Assembly: GCF_016432865.1 (NCBI RefSeq)
Contig: NC_067401.1
Span: 481,492,001-481,555,759 of the forward strand
Reading direction: 5' to 3'
Origin: Antechinus flavipes
Lineage: Eukaryota
DNA: 63,759 bases
Part shown: piece by piece, positions 1 through 13,500 of the stretch
How positions within the stretch are numbered: the first letter of the stretch is position 1
Layout: each line of letters starts with the position of its first letter
Made by a program: the position numbers and the translations under genes
The notes under the pieces: model-generated
The model's database searches: none
The model's input: the letters and a program-made list of their open reading frames with translations, nothing else
Told to the model about the DNA's origin: nothing

Positions 1-355
1 GTCCAGGGTTCCAATCTGGAACAAAGCCCCTTCTCCCAGACTGTCTGGTCACCCATGGGCCCCGGCTGTACCTGAAGGAAATCCCGGGGACCCTCCAGCC
101 ACAGTGCCGCCCCTGCTCTCCCCAGTGTGAGGGGCCGCTTTGCTGAGGGCAGAGCGCCTTCCCCTTCCCCTTCCCCTTCCCCTTCCCTCTCCCATCTCCC
201 TGTTCCCAGCTCCTGCCTGCCTGCACCTGGCCCTGGCCGAGGGAGGGGGTGGAGAAGGGAGCGGGGGAGGGGCAGGAGAGGAGCGAGTGGAGCGGAGAGG
301 GGCGGGGCTGCTGAGAGGGCGGGGCGGGGGCTGGCGAGGGGGAAGAGCTGCCCAC

Positions 356-499
356 CTCCTGGATCTGCTCCTTCATGGCTTTGATCTCGTTCTCCCGAGG
401 CTCGATCTGCTTCTTCAGTTCCTTAATCTTGTAGTCCAGCACAAACTTGAATTTTTCCAGCTCCTGGTTCTTTTTCTTCAGGTCATAGATTCTCTTCTC
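356..499 (-). CDS. CFAP57: CFAP57 coding exon 17
   Basis: [10 protein letters not shown]...KEQIQE; 144 nt. Confidence 0.95.
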
Positions 500-3400
500 C
501 TAAGAAGAGGCAAGGGGGTCACAGGGACACACTTCAGGATTTGGGGAGATGGCAGAGGGGAGAGACCAACCCCCTCCCCAAGCTGGCTGGACCCATGAAA
601 CTGGGGGACACCCTGAGCGGAGAAGGCCGGCGGGGGGCGGGGGCCGCTCTGATGGGGCAGGCGGTGTGGACGCTGGGGGGAGCCGCCCTGAGCGAGGCAG
701 GCGGTGTGGACATCGGGGGAGCTGCTCCTGCCTGCAGCAGTGACGCCATGGCCACAATGACTCCCGGCAGAGGCAGCTCCCACTCAGCCCCCTTTGCCAG
801 GCTGTATCTGGGGCCATGTCCTGGGGGTCAGCCTGTCACCTTGTCCTGAATGGTCTCGTCTCTCTCCTGGATCTCCCGCTTGAGGCCTTGAATATCCTTC
901 TCCAGAGCCTTGATGACCCCTTGGAGTTTCGTCTGCTCCCCCTTCAGGGCCTCGATGTCCGTGCTCCGCTCCTCGATCTCCTTCTGCAGGCTGCTGAACT
1001 GGAACCCGCCCCCCGCGCAGAGTGGGTGACCCGCGCCCCTTGGCGGCCAGCAGCCGGCCTCCCTGGTGCCTCCCTCCAGAGGGATGATCCCGGAGCCTCA
1101 TGCTCCCTGGGGCGAACTCTGACAGGAGCACGAGGGGAGTTTGAGGAAAGACAGGGTCCCCGGAGGAGCTGACCTCCCAGAGGCTGGGGACGAGGGGCCT
1201 GCTGCTCCAGGACCAGTCCCGCCACGCTCATTACCAAGCTGTGGAGCAGCAATCGGGGACCACTCCCGAGGCCCAGAGGACTGTGGCCTGCCTCAGTGGC
1301 ACTGAGGGACCCATCAGTCAGGCTGGCCCCGGGCAGGGGGCGGATCTAGACCGAGCGCAGCCAGGGCCAGACCACCTCGAGGCCCTGGATTTTGGCGCTG
1401 GGCCCCGGCTTTCAGGAGGGACAGGGACAAGCTGGAGGGGGAAGGGCAAAACAAAGGGCCTGGAAATCCAGGCCAAAGAGGGGCGGGGGAGGAGAGAGGC
1501 TTGGTGAGCTGGGCAGGGAGCACGAGAGAGGGCTGTGCGCGCGCGTGTGTATATGCCTGTGCGTGTGCCCCGCTCGGGGGCGGAACCTCGCGGTGGGGAA
1601 ATTTAGGTTTGCCTTTGCTTGGTGCTTCCACGCACAGACCCCCGGGTCACGTTTGTTGAAGGAGCGGGTGGGGAAGCCTTCCGGGGTCCTCCCAGGGGTG
1701 GGGGCAGAGGGGGTGGTCCTCCCAAAGCTCTCGTCCCCTCTCGTCCCCCCGCGGCCGGCCGTCCTCGCCCCGCTCATGCCCGGAGCAGCTCTCCGCCCTC
1801 CCGCCGTCCTCTCCCCCTTCCTCTCGCCGTTCCCCCTCCGCCCGCAGGGGGCCCTCACCTTCTTGCGCATGATGCCCGTTTCTCCTTTGAGGCGTAAGTT
1901 AGCTTCCTTTTCCTCTCGGAGTCTTTTCTCGTACTTAGTTTTGATGTCCTGAATCTCCCGATCTTCATCTTCCTCGATCTGCTTCTTGGTCTCTTCAAAC
2001 TCTCGCATTTGCTGCCGGGCGTCATCTTGGGCCTGGCTCAGGGACGGCGGGGGAGGGCGCAGGGGTCAGCTCCCGGGCCCGGCTCCCTCCGTGTGCGCGT
2101 GTCCAGGCTGAGGGCCTCCTCCCTCCGTGTGCGCCTCGGGACGGGCTAAGGACCCGTGGGGGAGGCGGGGAGCTTCAGCGGTGCCAGCGTGTTACCAGAG
2201 ATGCTGTGGAATGGGGGCTCAGGCCCTCTGCTCCCTAAGGCCCACTGAGTTCTTCAGGTTCATAGAGACCTGACACAAAGCCTACTGGGCTGATCTGAAG
2301 GGGAAGGGGGCCACCAGGATTCCCCACCCCCTGCCTCGGCTCGTCCCGCGTGGGGTCCCTAGAGTTCCCGCCCCCGCTGGCCCCGCGTGGGGTCCCTAGA
2401 GTCCCCGCCCCCGCTGGCCCCGCGTGGGATCCCTAGAGTCCCCGCCCCCGCTGGCCCCTTGTGGGGTCCCTACAGTCCCCGCCCCCGCTGGCCCCACGTG
2501 GGGTCCCTAGAGTTCCCGCCCCCGCTGGCCCCGCGTGGGGTCCCTAGAGTCCCCGCCCCCGCTGGCCCCGCGTGGGGTCCCTAGAGTCCCCGCCCCCGCT
2601 GGCCCCGCGTGGGGTCCCTAGAGTCCCCGCCCCCGCTGGCCCCGCGTGGGGTCCCTAGAGTCCCCGCCCCCGCTGGCCCCACGTGGGGTCCCTAGAGTCC
2701 CCGCCCCCGCTGGCCCCGGGGTGGACAGGCTGGGCGGGCACCTCTTCCAGCAGGCTGGCTTTCTCGTGGAGCTTGGCCTCGTAGTACTCGGTGAGCTCCT
2801 CCAGGGCCTGGCTCTTGGTCTCCTCGTTGTCGCGGAGCTGTTTCTCGTACTCCTCCTGCATCCGCTGGGACTTGAGCTGCAGCTCCTGGTACTTCTCGTA
2901 CTCCAGCAGCAGCTTCTGATTGTTACAACACTCTAGGAAGGAGGATGGGAGCCTCTGAGAAGTGAGCTTCTGCAGGCCTGGGCTCGCTGCCCCCCAGCCC
3001 GCCTCCTCCCCAAGGGGAGCCCGAGAGCGAGGGAGGGGGGCCACCGCTGGCCGCCACATGCACTGATGCAAAGCACCGGCTCCAGGCTGAACCGAGGGGT
3101 GCCGTGCCCTCCCCAGGGAGAAGGCACATCCACAGGTGTCTAAGGGACAGCAGAACGTCCAAGGAGAAAGGGTGGCGAGGAGCCCAGGACCCGCCAACTG
3201 CCTTTAGCTGGAGATTAGGGAGGAGAGAGAGGTTGGAAATAAGTGGGAACTTAGAATTCCAGGGTTGGGGCGTGTCTGGAAGAGGGTCATCAAGTGGACC
3301 CTCAGGGGAGAGGAAGAGGAAGAAGGCTCCACAAGAAGATTTTGAAAAAATGAATCTGGGATAGTCTGCCTCGGATCTGTGGAGAAGGAAGGAATTTATG

Positions 3401-6400
3401 GCCAAAGAACTAGAGAACATTATGAAAGGAAAAATGGATAATTTTGATTAGAGTAAATTATATTAAAAACCTTTTTCACAAACAAAACCAATGCAGCCAA
3501 GATTAATAGAGAAGCAGAAAACTGGATCTTTCTAATCAAGGCCTTATTTCTAAAATGTATAGAGAATGGGATGCAAATTTATAAGAATACCAGCCATTCT
3601 CTAATTAATAAATGGGCAAAGGATATGAACTGACAATTTTCAGACAAAGAAATTAAAGCCATTTCTAGTAATATGAAAAAATGTTCTAAATCACTATTAG
3701 AGCAATGCAAATTAAGACGACTCTGAGGTACCACCTTCACGCTTTTCAGATTGGTTAACGGGAAAAGATAAACGTTGGAGGGGATGTGGGAAATCTGGGC
3801 ACGAAAATATTACTGGTGGAGTTGTGAACTGCTCCAGCCATTCTGGAGGCGATTTGGAACGATGCCCAAAGAGTTATCAAACTGTGCACATCCTTTAATC
3901 CAGCAGTGTTTCTACTTGGTCTGTATCCCAAAGAGATCATAAAGAAGGGAAAGGGACCCACATGGGCAAAAATGTTTGTAGCAGCCCTTTTTGCAGTGGC
4001 AAAGAAGTGGAAACTGAGTGGATGCCCATCAGTGGGAGAATGGCTGAATAAGTTATGAATGTAATGGAATATTATTATTCTATAAGAAATGACCAGCAGG
4101 AGGATTTCAGAGAGGCCTGGAGAGACTGACAGGAACTGATGCCGAGTGAAGTGAGCAGAACCACGAGAACATTGTACACGGCAACAAGATGATATGATGA
4201 TTGATTCTGATGGACTCGGCTCTTTTCATCAATGTGGCCAATTCCAATAGACTTGTGATGGAGCGAGTCAGAAAGAGGAATGTAGAGACTGAGTGGGGAT
4301 CACAAGTAGTATTTTCATCTTTTCTCTTGTTTGCTTGCTTTTTTTTTCTTTCTCATTTTTTTCCTTTTTGACTTGATTTAATAAAGCAAGATAAATGTGG
4401 AGATACAGATGGATGATTAAATGTTTAACATATATTGGTACTTGCTGTCTAGGAGCGGGCGAAGGAAGGGAGAAAAATTTGGAACACAAGGCTTTTCAGG
4501 GGTAAATGTTGAAAACTATCTTTGCATTTATTTTGAAAATTAAAAGTTATTATTAAAAAAGAAAAGCAAATAAAATAAAAATGAATCTTTGTTCCCTAGA
4601 TGCAGCTGGATCTGGGTCAGCACCTCAGGTGCCATGCATGAGCAAAGGGGCAAGAGAACAGGGTGAGACAAGGCTGGCAGCCCCATGAGGACAGACGGCC
4701 TCCCGGGAGACCTCCCGGCTTGGACTTGTCCACGCATCTCATGCAAGGGAGCAGAGCTGACTGAGTTCACAGTAAGGACCACCTGGCCAGTGAACGGGGA
4801 TGTGGCAGTTCCGAGTCTCCTGTCAAAGCCAATGACTCCTACCATTGTGCTGTCCCTGCTGAGAGGAACCTAGGACGTGTCACCAGAGCTGATGTGCAAG
4901 GGATGGGTGACTCCATGGCACGGTTCCCTTCATAGCTGCCCGTCCCAGGCAAGGCAAGAGCTGACAACGGCCCTTACTCCAGCACCAGGTACAAACACGC
5001 CGGACACTGCCGAGCCATGGAGTGCCCCCAACGAGGACAGCAGGGACATCTCTATGCTGTCTTGCAAATGGAATCCAAAAAGCTTGCATAGGAAGGATGG
5101 AGGAGGAGCAACACTGAATACGGCACCACACTGGGTCTTCCTGCACCAGTGGAACAAGAGGAAGAGGAGCTGAGGCACCTCAAAGGTCACAGGAGCTAGA
5201 ACCTACAAAGGCCGCGGTCAGAAGTCACAACCTCAGATCCCAAAGTGGGGACCCGGGGACCCCAATGCAGGGAGGCAAGGTAGACCTCACAGGTCTCTCG
5301 ATGGGACAAAATGGAAATCGCTTCATATTTAGCTTTCCATCCCCAGCATTAGCACAGCCCTCGACACATAGTGTTTAATGCTTGCTGAACTGATCAAGGC
5401 CTCTGGATATTTCAAAGAAACAAGGGGACTGAGATGGAGTTAGTCAACAAGCATTTATGAAGCACCTGCTGTATGCGTACACGCTGGGCTAAGGCCCGAG
5501 GAAACATGGAGAGGGTCTGTCCTCAAGGAGACAACAGATACCTAAGCCGGTGGGACGGGCAGGACGCGGGCTGGCGGGGCCCTCAGCTGACCTGACCAGA
5601 GCTGAAGGGACTCCCTCCCACCCCGGGGTCTCCCAGGGCAACAGCCACAAGCAGGCTCAGGAGCTCTGTCAGCCACGTCTCATACAAGGTTCCTCGGGGA
5701 ACTGCCTCGTTTGAGAGTCCCCCCTACCTCCTAAAGGAGGCAGCTGCCTGCTCCCCCAGCCACACTTCCCACACCAGAATCGGCTGTATACCCGCTGAGC
5801 CCACGCCTTTCTGAGTCCAAAGTTTCTAAGAAATGAAGCACGAGGCCCTGGCTGTGGCCCCCTGTGCAGGAGCCAGGCTGTCAGGTCTAATCCTGCCCCC
5901 GACCTGAACTTCAGGGAGTTTGTGGAGGGAAGCAGGAAGCCCTTCTGAGCTGAAGTGAAGGGCACGAGAGGCATCCCCGGGGAAGGCTGCCAGGGGCTGA
6001 GCTGGCACAAGCTGGGGGGAGAGCCTGATGGGCACCTCTGTGCAAGGGGCAGCCCCAAGAGACCCACAGGCTCTCCCTCCCCTCCCTCCCCCCCCCAGAG
6101 GCAGGTGAGGAAAGGGGACTCCCATCCTCTCGGGGCAAGTTTTAGTGTCTGCCCTCTCTGTTCACTTCTACTTCTAAACTGTTAGCCCCTGGAGNNNNNN
6201 NNNNNNNNNNNNNNNNNNNNNNNNNNNNNNNNNNNNNNNNNNNNNNNNNNNNNNNNNNNNNNNNNNNNNNNNNNNNNNNNNNNNNNNNNNNNNNNNNNNN
6301 NNNNNNNNNNNNNNNNNNNNNNNNNNNNNNNNNNNNNNNNNNNNNNNNNNNNNNNNNNNNNNNNNNNNNNNNNNNNNNNNNNNNNNNNNNNNNNNNNNNN

Positions 6401-9400
6401 NNNNNNNNNNNNNNNNNNNNNNNNNNNNNNNNNNNNNNNNNNNNNNNNGGGAGGCAGTGAGACCCAGACCCAAACCGACAGCTAAGCGAGGGGCCAGAGT
6501 CTGAGAGGAGGCTGCTAGGAGCAAAGGTCACGCCACCAGGGTGACTCTGTGAGCCTGGGCTATGGGGAGGGGGTGGTGGGAGGGAGGGGGAGTCGAGGCT
6601 GCTGGGGACCCTCCCCACAGAGCCCGGGTAAACCCTCTGTCCCAGCGCAGGGGGAGGCCCTCCTCGTGACCCCAAGGTGCCACCCCCTCACCAATGTCCT
6701 GTAGTTCCCGGCTCTGCTTCTCCAAGAGATCCTCTACATAGGTATTGTGGGAGGCCTCTTGCTTCTCCTTCTCCGTTCTCAGAACCTGAAACCCAAGCAA
6801 AGTTTGGGGATCTCCTTCCTGTTTTTACCTATTTCTCTGGAACTTCCCCCAGTCCCCAAGGGCTGGTCAATTTGGAGGTCAATTTCTCTTGAAGACCACC
6901 CAGCCTTCCCTGGGGACAATCATGGAGAGAAGGCTCTGCCGGCTCTGGGCAGTAACAAGGCTCACTTTTCTAGAGCACACTGGTCCAGCAAGCCTGAGAT
7001 GTGGGTACCATTATTATTATTGTTGTTTTATTCTTTTTTTCTTTTCTCAATTGCATGTGACAAAATTTTAAACACTTGCTTTTAAAATTTGAGTCCCATC
7101 TGCTCTCTTCCTCCCTTCTGCTCCCCCCAAAACTTTGGGAGGGCAAGCAATTTGATATAGATTATACGTGTGAAGTCATGCAAAATATATTTCCGTATTA
7201 GTCATGTTGTAAAAGAAAACACAGATCAAAAAACTACAAACCAAACCAAAGCCCCAAACCCCCAAAACCTAACAAGAAAATTAAGAAAGTACAAAGCGTC
7301 TGCTTGGATCTGCATTCTGACTCCATCAGTTCTTTCACTGGAGGCGAGTCCTTCGGAACTGCCTTGGATCACTGTAAAGCTGAGAATAACCAAGTCATTC
7401 CCAGCTGTTTATCACACCCAAGGTACCGGCATTATCTCACACCCATCTACAATGATCTTCTGGTTCTGCTCACTTCACTCTACATCAGCTCATACAAGTC
7501 TTTATGGGTTTTTCCAAGAGCATCCTGATCATCATTTATTATAACAGAATAGTACTCCGTCGCAATGTAGCAAACTTGTTCAGCTACCCCTTCTCCCACT
7601 GATGAACATCCCCTCCATTTCCAATTCTTTGCTTCTATAACTATTTCTGTACATAACGGGCCCCCTTTTTCTTTTTTCTTTTTCTTTTAATCACTTTGGG
7701 ATACAGCCCTAGTAGCAATTGGGTCAAAAGATATGCAGAGTTTTATAACCCTTTGGGCATAGATCCAAATTATTTTACAGAATGGTTGCATTAGTGCACA
7801 ACTCCAGCAACAATGCATTAGGGTCAATTTTCCCACATCCCCTCCAACATTTGTCTTTTTCCTTTTCATTTGGTATCTTGGTATTGTTTTAATTTGTATT
7901 TCTCTAATCAAGTGATTCAGAGCACTTTTTTATATGAGTATAAAGAGCTTTGATTACTTTGTTCAAAAACTGCTTGTTCATATCCTTTTACCATTTATCA
8001 ACTAGAGAATGTCTCGTATTCTTATAAATTTGACTCAGTTTCCTAAACATTTGAGAAATGAAGCCTTTATCAGAGAAACTTGCTATAATTGTTCTCAATT
8101 GAGAAAATGTTCTCAATTTCCTTTTGTCCTATTTCCCCCGGTTTATCCTGCTTTCTCTCTTTTCCTCTCTCTCTCCTCCTTTCCTCTCTTTCCCCCTCTT
8201 GTCTCTCTCCTTCTTTCCTTCTCTTTCACCTCTCTCCCTTTTTCTCCTCCTCTCCCTCTTTTCTTCTTTTTCTTTCCCTCCCTCTTTCTTTTTCTCTCTT
8301 TCCCTCCCACTTTCCCCGCCACCCCATTTCCCTTTCCTTTCACTACGTCCATTTTTAAATGTATTTTGCTTCTGACTACCACCTTCCTTAATCTCCTTGC
8401 TGCCCAATCCTCTTTTCCTTCTACTTTCCTGAAGGGTAAGATAGATTTTGGGCAGAGCGTGGGTAGAGCGCTGTGCCTGGAGTCAGGAAGACCCCTCTTT
8501 CTGAGTTCACATATAGACTCAGACCCTGACTATGATGCCGGCCAAGTCACTTAATCACATCTGCCTCAATTTCCTTATCTGTAAAATGACCTGGAATTGG
8601 AAATGGCAAACTGTAGAGGGCTGGAGCTCTGGAGGAGCATACGTGAAACAAGGTGTTAAGTCGGGAATTGATGAGATGATGGTTCTCTAGTTCACACATG
8701 CTCAGTGTGCTGTAATGATGTAATTACAATAAGGTACAGAAGAGCTGAGAAGGACTGGAAGAGAGACAGTCTATCTTTGACCATCCTCATGGCGGCTCTC
8801 CTGCCTAAGGGGGAGACTGGTGGAGACGGGCAGACTGGGAGACTGCTGAAGGAGACTGGCTCAGACTGTGTAAGAGACAAGAGAGACTTTGCACTCTATT
8901 CTTATCCCTTCTCATGGTGTCTGTCCTGCTGAGACCAAGGCCCAGTTGGAGGACCTCCAGAAAGCCAGCCCGGACATTACAGCAAACCACTCCAGGATTT
9001 TTGCTAAGAAAACCCCAGAGAGGGTCACAAAGAGTTGGGCGTGACTGAAAATGACTGAACTCCAACAAAAAGATAGATTTCTATGCTTAACTGGTTGGGT
9101 TTATTCCTTTTTTTGAGCCAATTCTGATGAGAAAAAGGTTCTCCCAACTCCCTCATCTTCCCCTCCACATAAAAGCTTTTACGTTTCTTTTACATAGACA
9201 ATTTATCCATCTGAACTTTCCCTCCCACTCCTCTCAGAGCATTCTTGGTTTTCCCCCCTTAATTTTATTTTTTTAGATCTCATTCCACCACATCTGACTC
9301 ACACCTGTGCCCTCTGTGTCTACCCCTCGCTGCCCCCATAGTGAGAACCTTCTCACAGGTTACAGGGAGCACCTTTCCTTAAGTCTCACTGTCAGCCTTT

Positions 9401-10554
9401 GGCCTGATTTTTCTTCCCTGCTTCTTGAGTCTTGTATTTGAAAGCCTCCTTTTCTGTTCCTCTCTGGTCATCAGGGAGGCTAGTTCGCAGCCCTTCTCTG
9501 CAGGATCATGGAACTTTTGCCGGGAGCCGGCCCTCCCAGGCCCCTCATAATCCGCCACTCGATGGCCTGTGGCCAGGATCCAGAGCCCGACCGGCAGCAT
9601 CTTCACTCTGCTCTCCATGGCCCGTGTCTGCTCCGCGGCTTGTGTTAGGGGGCTGGTCCCCCCCCCAGGCTGCTTGTGAGGACCCTGCGGTTGCTGGAAA
9701 GGGCTCCGCAGTGTGGGGGCGCAGGCGGCAAGGTGCTGCTCCCGAGAGCCCGGCCCCCGCCCTCCGGCCCCCCGCCTGGCACAGAGTAAGTGATTAATCA
9801 GCACCCAGCCTGCTGCAGAGTCAGCGTACAGGGCGGCTCTCGATGCCCTCATGTTCCAGCCCCTCCTCCGTCCCCACCCGGCTCGAGGACAGAGGCTTTC
9901 CCTGCCCAGGGAGGCTGGATGGCCGCCATGACTGCCCCAAGCGCAGACAGACCTGGTTCTTTGTCTTCAGGGACTCCATCTCCTGGATGAACTTGTCCGT
10001 CAGCTCCTTGATCTTCTCTGTGTAATTCATGTCCTTCAGCCGGAGCTGGTACTCGTTCTCCATCTTGAGCTCTTCCACGCGAGTCTTCAGCTCCAGCATG
10101 ATCTGGGCCTGTGGGGGAGGAGCGCAGGCTTGGGCCGGGCCTGAGGCCTGTCTGTGGGGGCAGCCCCCCCCTCCCCTCTTGTCTGCCTCAGAGCGCCCAT
10201 TCGCTTTATTTTAATGTCCCTGACCTTCACAGGCCACGTTCAGCCTCCTCCATTTTCACTTCTCTCTGGCCCCTGAGGATCTTGGAACTTTCAGAAGAGG
10301 CGCTCAGGCTCTTCCAAAGACACTCCACACACACACACTCACACATACACACTCACATACCCACTCACACACTCTCTGACACTCACACACCCACTCACAC
10401 ATACTCTCACACTCACACACACACATACATACTCACACACATATCTCTATCTCACACTCACACACCCACTCACACACACATACACACTTACACACACATA
10501 CACTCACACACTCTCACACCCACCCACTCACACTCACACACCCACTCACACACA

Positions 10555-10591
<37 letters not shown>

Positions 10592-13500
10592 ACATACACA
10601 TTCACACACTCTCTCACACCCACCCACTCACANNNNNNNNNNNNNNNNNNNNNNNNNNNNNNNNNNNNNNNNNNNNNNNNNNNNNNNNNNNNNNNNNNNN
10701 NNNNNNNNNNNNNNNNNNNNNNNNNNNNNNNNNNNNNNNNNNNNNNNNNNNNNNNNNNNNNNNNNNNNNNNNNNNNNNNNNNNNNNNNNNNNNNNNNNNN
10801 NNNNNNNNNNNNNNNNNNNNNNNNNNNNNNNNNNNNNNNNCACATACCCACTCACACACTCTCTCACACTCACACTCACATACACACTCACACACACTCA
10901 CATATATAACGTCATGTTCATAAATCTAAACAAACCACCAACCAGTGAACTTGCCCGGATTTGTGGGCTTGGGGTAAATGTTCCACTCCCCCTGGGCCGC
11001 TGGCTCTCCCAAGCCAGCCTCTCTGGCTCCAGGATGCCCGCCTGAGCCCGGTGCCCACAGAGCGGCTGCGTTGGCTCTGTGCCCCCCAACGTGGAGGCTG
11101 CGGCGGGGGCCCAGCTCCCGGGGATGGGGCACCACGGACAGGCTCAGGGCCAGCCCTCACCTTCTCTTCCATGTCTGTCTTGGTGACCAGCACCTCCTCA
11201 GCAAAGCCCACTTCCCGCTCCCTCTTGACGCCCCGGCCGTCCTTGTCGAAGACCTTCCAGGTGATGAGGCAGCCATCGTCAGAGCTCGTCAGCAGAAACT
11301 GGTCGTCGAACGTAATGGTCATCTACGGAGGGAAGGAGTGGGAACGAAGGGGCCGTGAGGGCTACAGTGGGGGCTGTCCAGAGCCCAGTCACGGACAGGG
11401 CAGACGGGGCTCTCCGTGCCTCTGTCGGCTTCTGCACAAAGGCGCTCATGGGGCCCTCCCGACTGGCTGTAGGCTTCACTTAGGCCGAGAAGCTCTAAGG
11501 ACCAGCATCCGGAGGGGGATGACTCCCGGCCCACAGCTGCCCAGGCCATTGGCCCAGTGCCATGAAAGGCTGTGTCCATCCCCTGGCTGTGCCCCATCCC
11601 CCGGCTGTGCCCCATCCCCTGGCTGTGCCCATCCCCGACTGTGCCTGTCCCCCGGCTGTGCCCCTTCCCCCGGCTGTGTCCGTCCCCCGGCTGTGCCCCT
11701 TCCCCCGCTGTGCCTGTCCCCTGGCTGTGCCCCTTCCCCTGGCTGTGCCCGTCCCCCGGCTGTGCCCATCCCCGACTGTGCCCGTCCCCCGGCTGTGCCC
11801 CTGGGAGTGCTGACTCTGCCCTGCCTTCCCACCCAGGCCTCTCCAAGCCCACTGGCAGAGGCAGGGCTGCCCCAGGAGGGAGTCTCTGTCGCCAGGGAGC
11901 AGGTGCCAGCCCTTTGGGGAGCCTTGAAACCTCTCAACATTTGTCATTAAAAAACTCTGGAACAACTGTCTAAATCCCAACTCCCTGGAGCTTTTTTCAT
12001 GGGAAGTTGGCCAAGGAGGGAGGGGGCAGGAGATGCCCAGGAGAGTGGAGGAAAGGGGAGGCCGAGGGCCCTTCTCACCTTGGTGACAGGCCCAGCATGT
12101 GCCTGGTACTCGTTGAACTCCTTGTTCACGGGCAGGGGGTACTTCATGGATCGGACGGTGCCCGTCGAGGTGCCCACAAACACCATGCGCCCGGAGTGGG
12201 AGATGACCAGCGACGTGTAGACAACGTCAAAGGCAGACACCTCCCTGAGCACCTGGGACACGGAGAGCTCTGATCAGGGGCTGAGCCCGAGCCTCTTGGG
12301 CAGAGCCGGACCCCCGCCACCCTTGCTGATGGAGTCAGCGAGGAGTGGTCAGCGTGGGACAGCCAAGTCTGGAGGGCACCTGCCAGCTGGCTGACTCGGC
12401 TCCCTCCTCCCGACGCCAGCCCTCTGTATGCTGCAGGTGTGTGATAAACGCTTGCAGTGCCTCTGTCCGCAGCAGAGGAAGGAGGTGCAAAGGGAGAACA
12501 CAGCAACTCTCCTGTGCCCCCCCCCCCCCCGCAGATGGCTCCTCAATCTCCTCAGAGGGACTAACTGGGAGGGGGGTCAGCCCATCCTGAGCCCTCTTTT
12601 CTATTCTCTGTCTCTCACTTGGTGACCTCATCAGCTTCCCTGGATTCAATCTTCCCCTTATCTAAGCAGATGAAGTTCAAATCCATCCATCTCTCTTTTG
12701 AGCCCCAGCCCTGTGCCACAAGCGGGCAGGATGTCCCCCAGCATGGCCCTCGTCAGCTCCCCCCGAGCCTCCTGCCTCCCCAGGACTCCTGAGAGCCGCC
12801 GCCGGCAGTCTGACTTCCCCCGGACTCTGCAAATGCCCCTGGAAGCCTGCCCGCCCTCAAGCCTTCCCATGAGCCCCGGGCCCTCTGGCTGCTTCTGCCC
12901 GGACCCTCTCCTGCTCTCAGCTGCAGCCCCGCCTTCCGGCCCAGCTCCAGGCTCGTTCCTTTCTCTCGGCAGCCCCGCGCTCTGCAGTGTTTGCTCCGGT
13001 GGCCGTGCTCTCGCTTAGAAGGGAAGGGGGCGGCCTTCTGCTCCCACCGTGTTCCACACCCGGCTGAGGGTCACTGACAGGCTCACACCCACTGGGGAAT
13101 CCCAAGGGCGCCGGGCCCACACGGGCATGGCGGCTGAGAACAGCTCGGGCATCTGAGCAGTGGGGCCAGCCCCCGGCGTCGGCTCTCTGCAGCAGGTTTC
13201 AATGCTGGCAGTTCGGCTCGAGAAAGGACTTCAGGGTGCAGGGTCTGAGCTTGCCGGGTAATCCTCGGAACTTTCCTCCGATGGAAGGGACGCCACCCTG
13301 GCACGGCGCAGTCAGTGCCCCAGCTCTGCAGACCCTCAGGTTGGTCGTCGGCCTTTTTTCTTTTTCTCACGCACTTTCCTTCGGAGCGAGCTCTGGCACT
13401 GTGTGTGTCCACCTCATCATCTATGTGGGCGTCCCCGGACCACAGACTGCCAAGGCACGGGAACTCAGCCAGGGCACTCACGCTTTTTCCATTTGCTGGA

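Larger units (their letters stand above)
7011..9360 (-). mobile_element. Older L1 3' fragment interrupted by a CT-rich tract, a SINE and an LTR
   Basis: L1 3'UTR/ORF2-end similarity by eye; boundaries approximate. Confidence 0.7.

Noticed and set aside
2344-2718. Array of CTCF sites or CRISPR-like array
   Set aside because: CCAGCGGGGGCGG is one base short of the CTCF core. Units are head-to-tail without unique spacers, and the DNA is eukaryotic.
8089-8407. Lys/Glu/Arg-rich or Phe/Ser/Leu-rich ORFs
   Set aside because: Translations of a CT-rich low-complexity tract inside an L1.
11319-11980. Several 130-330 aa overlapping ORFs
   Set aside because: Produced by the stop-free 17-18 bp minisatellite or by read-through antisense to a CFAP57 exon.
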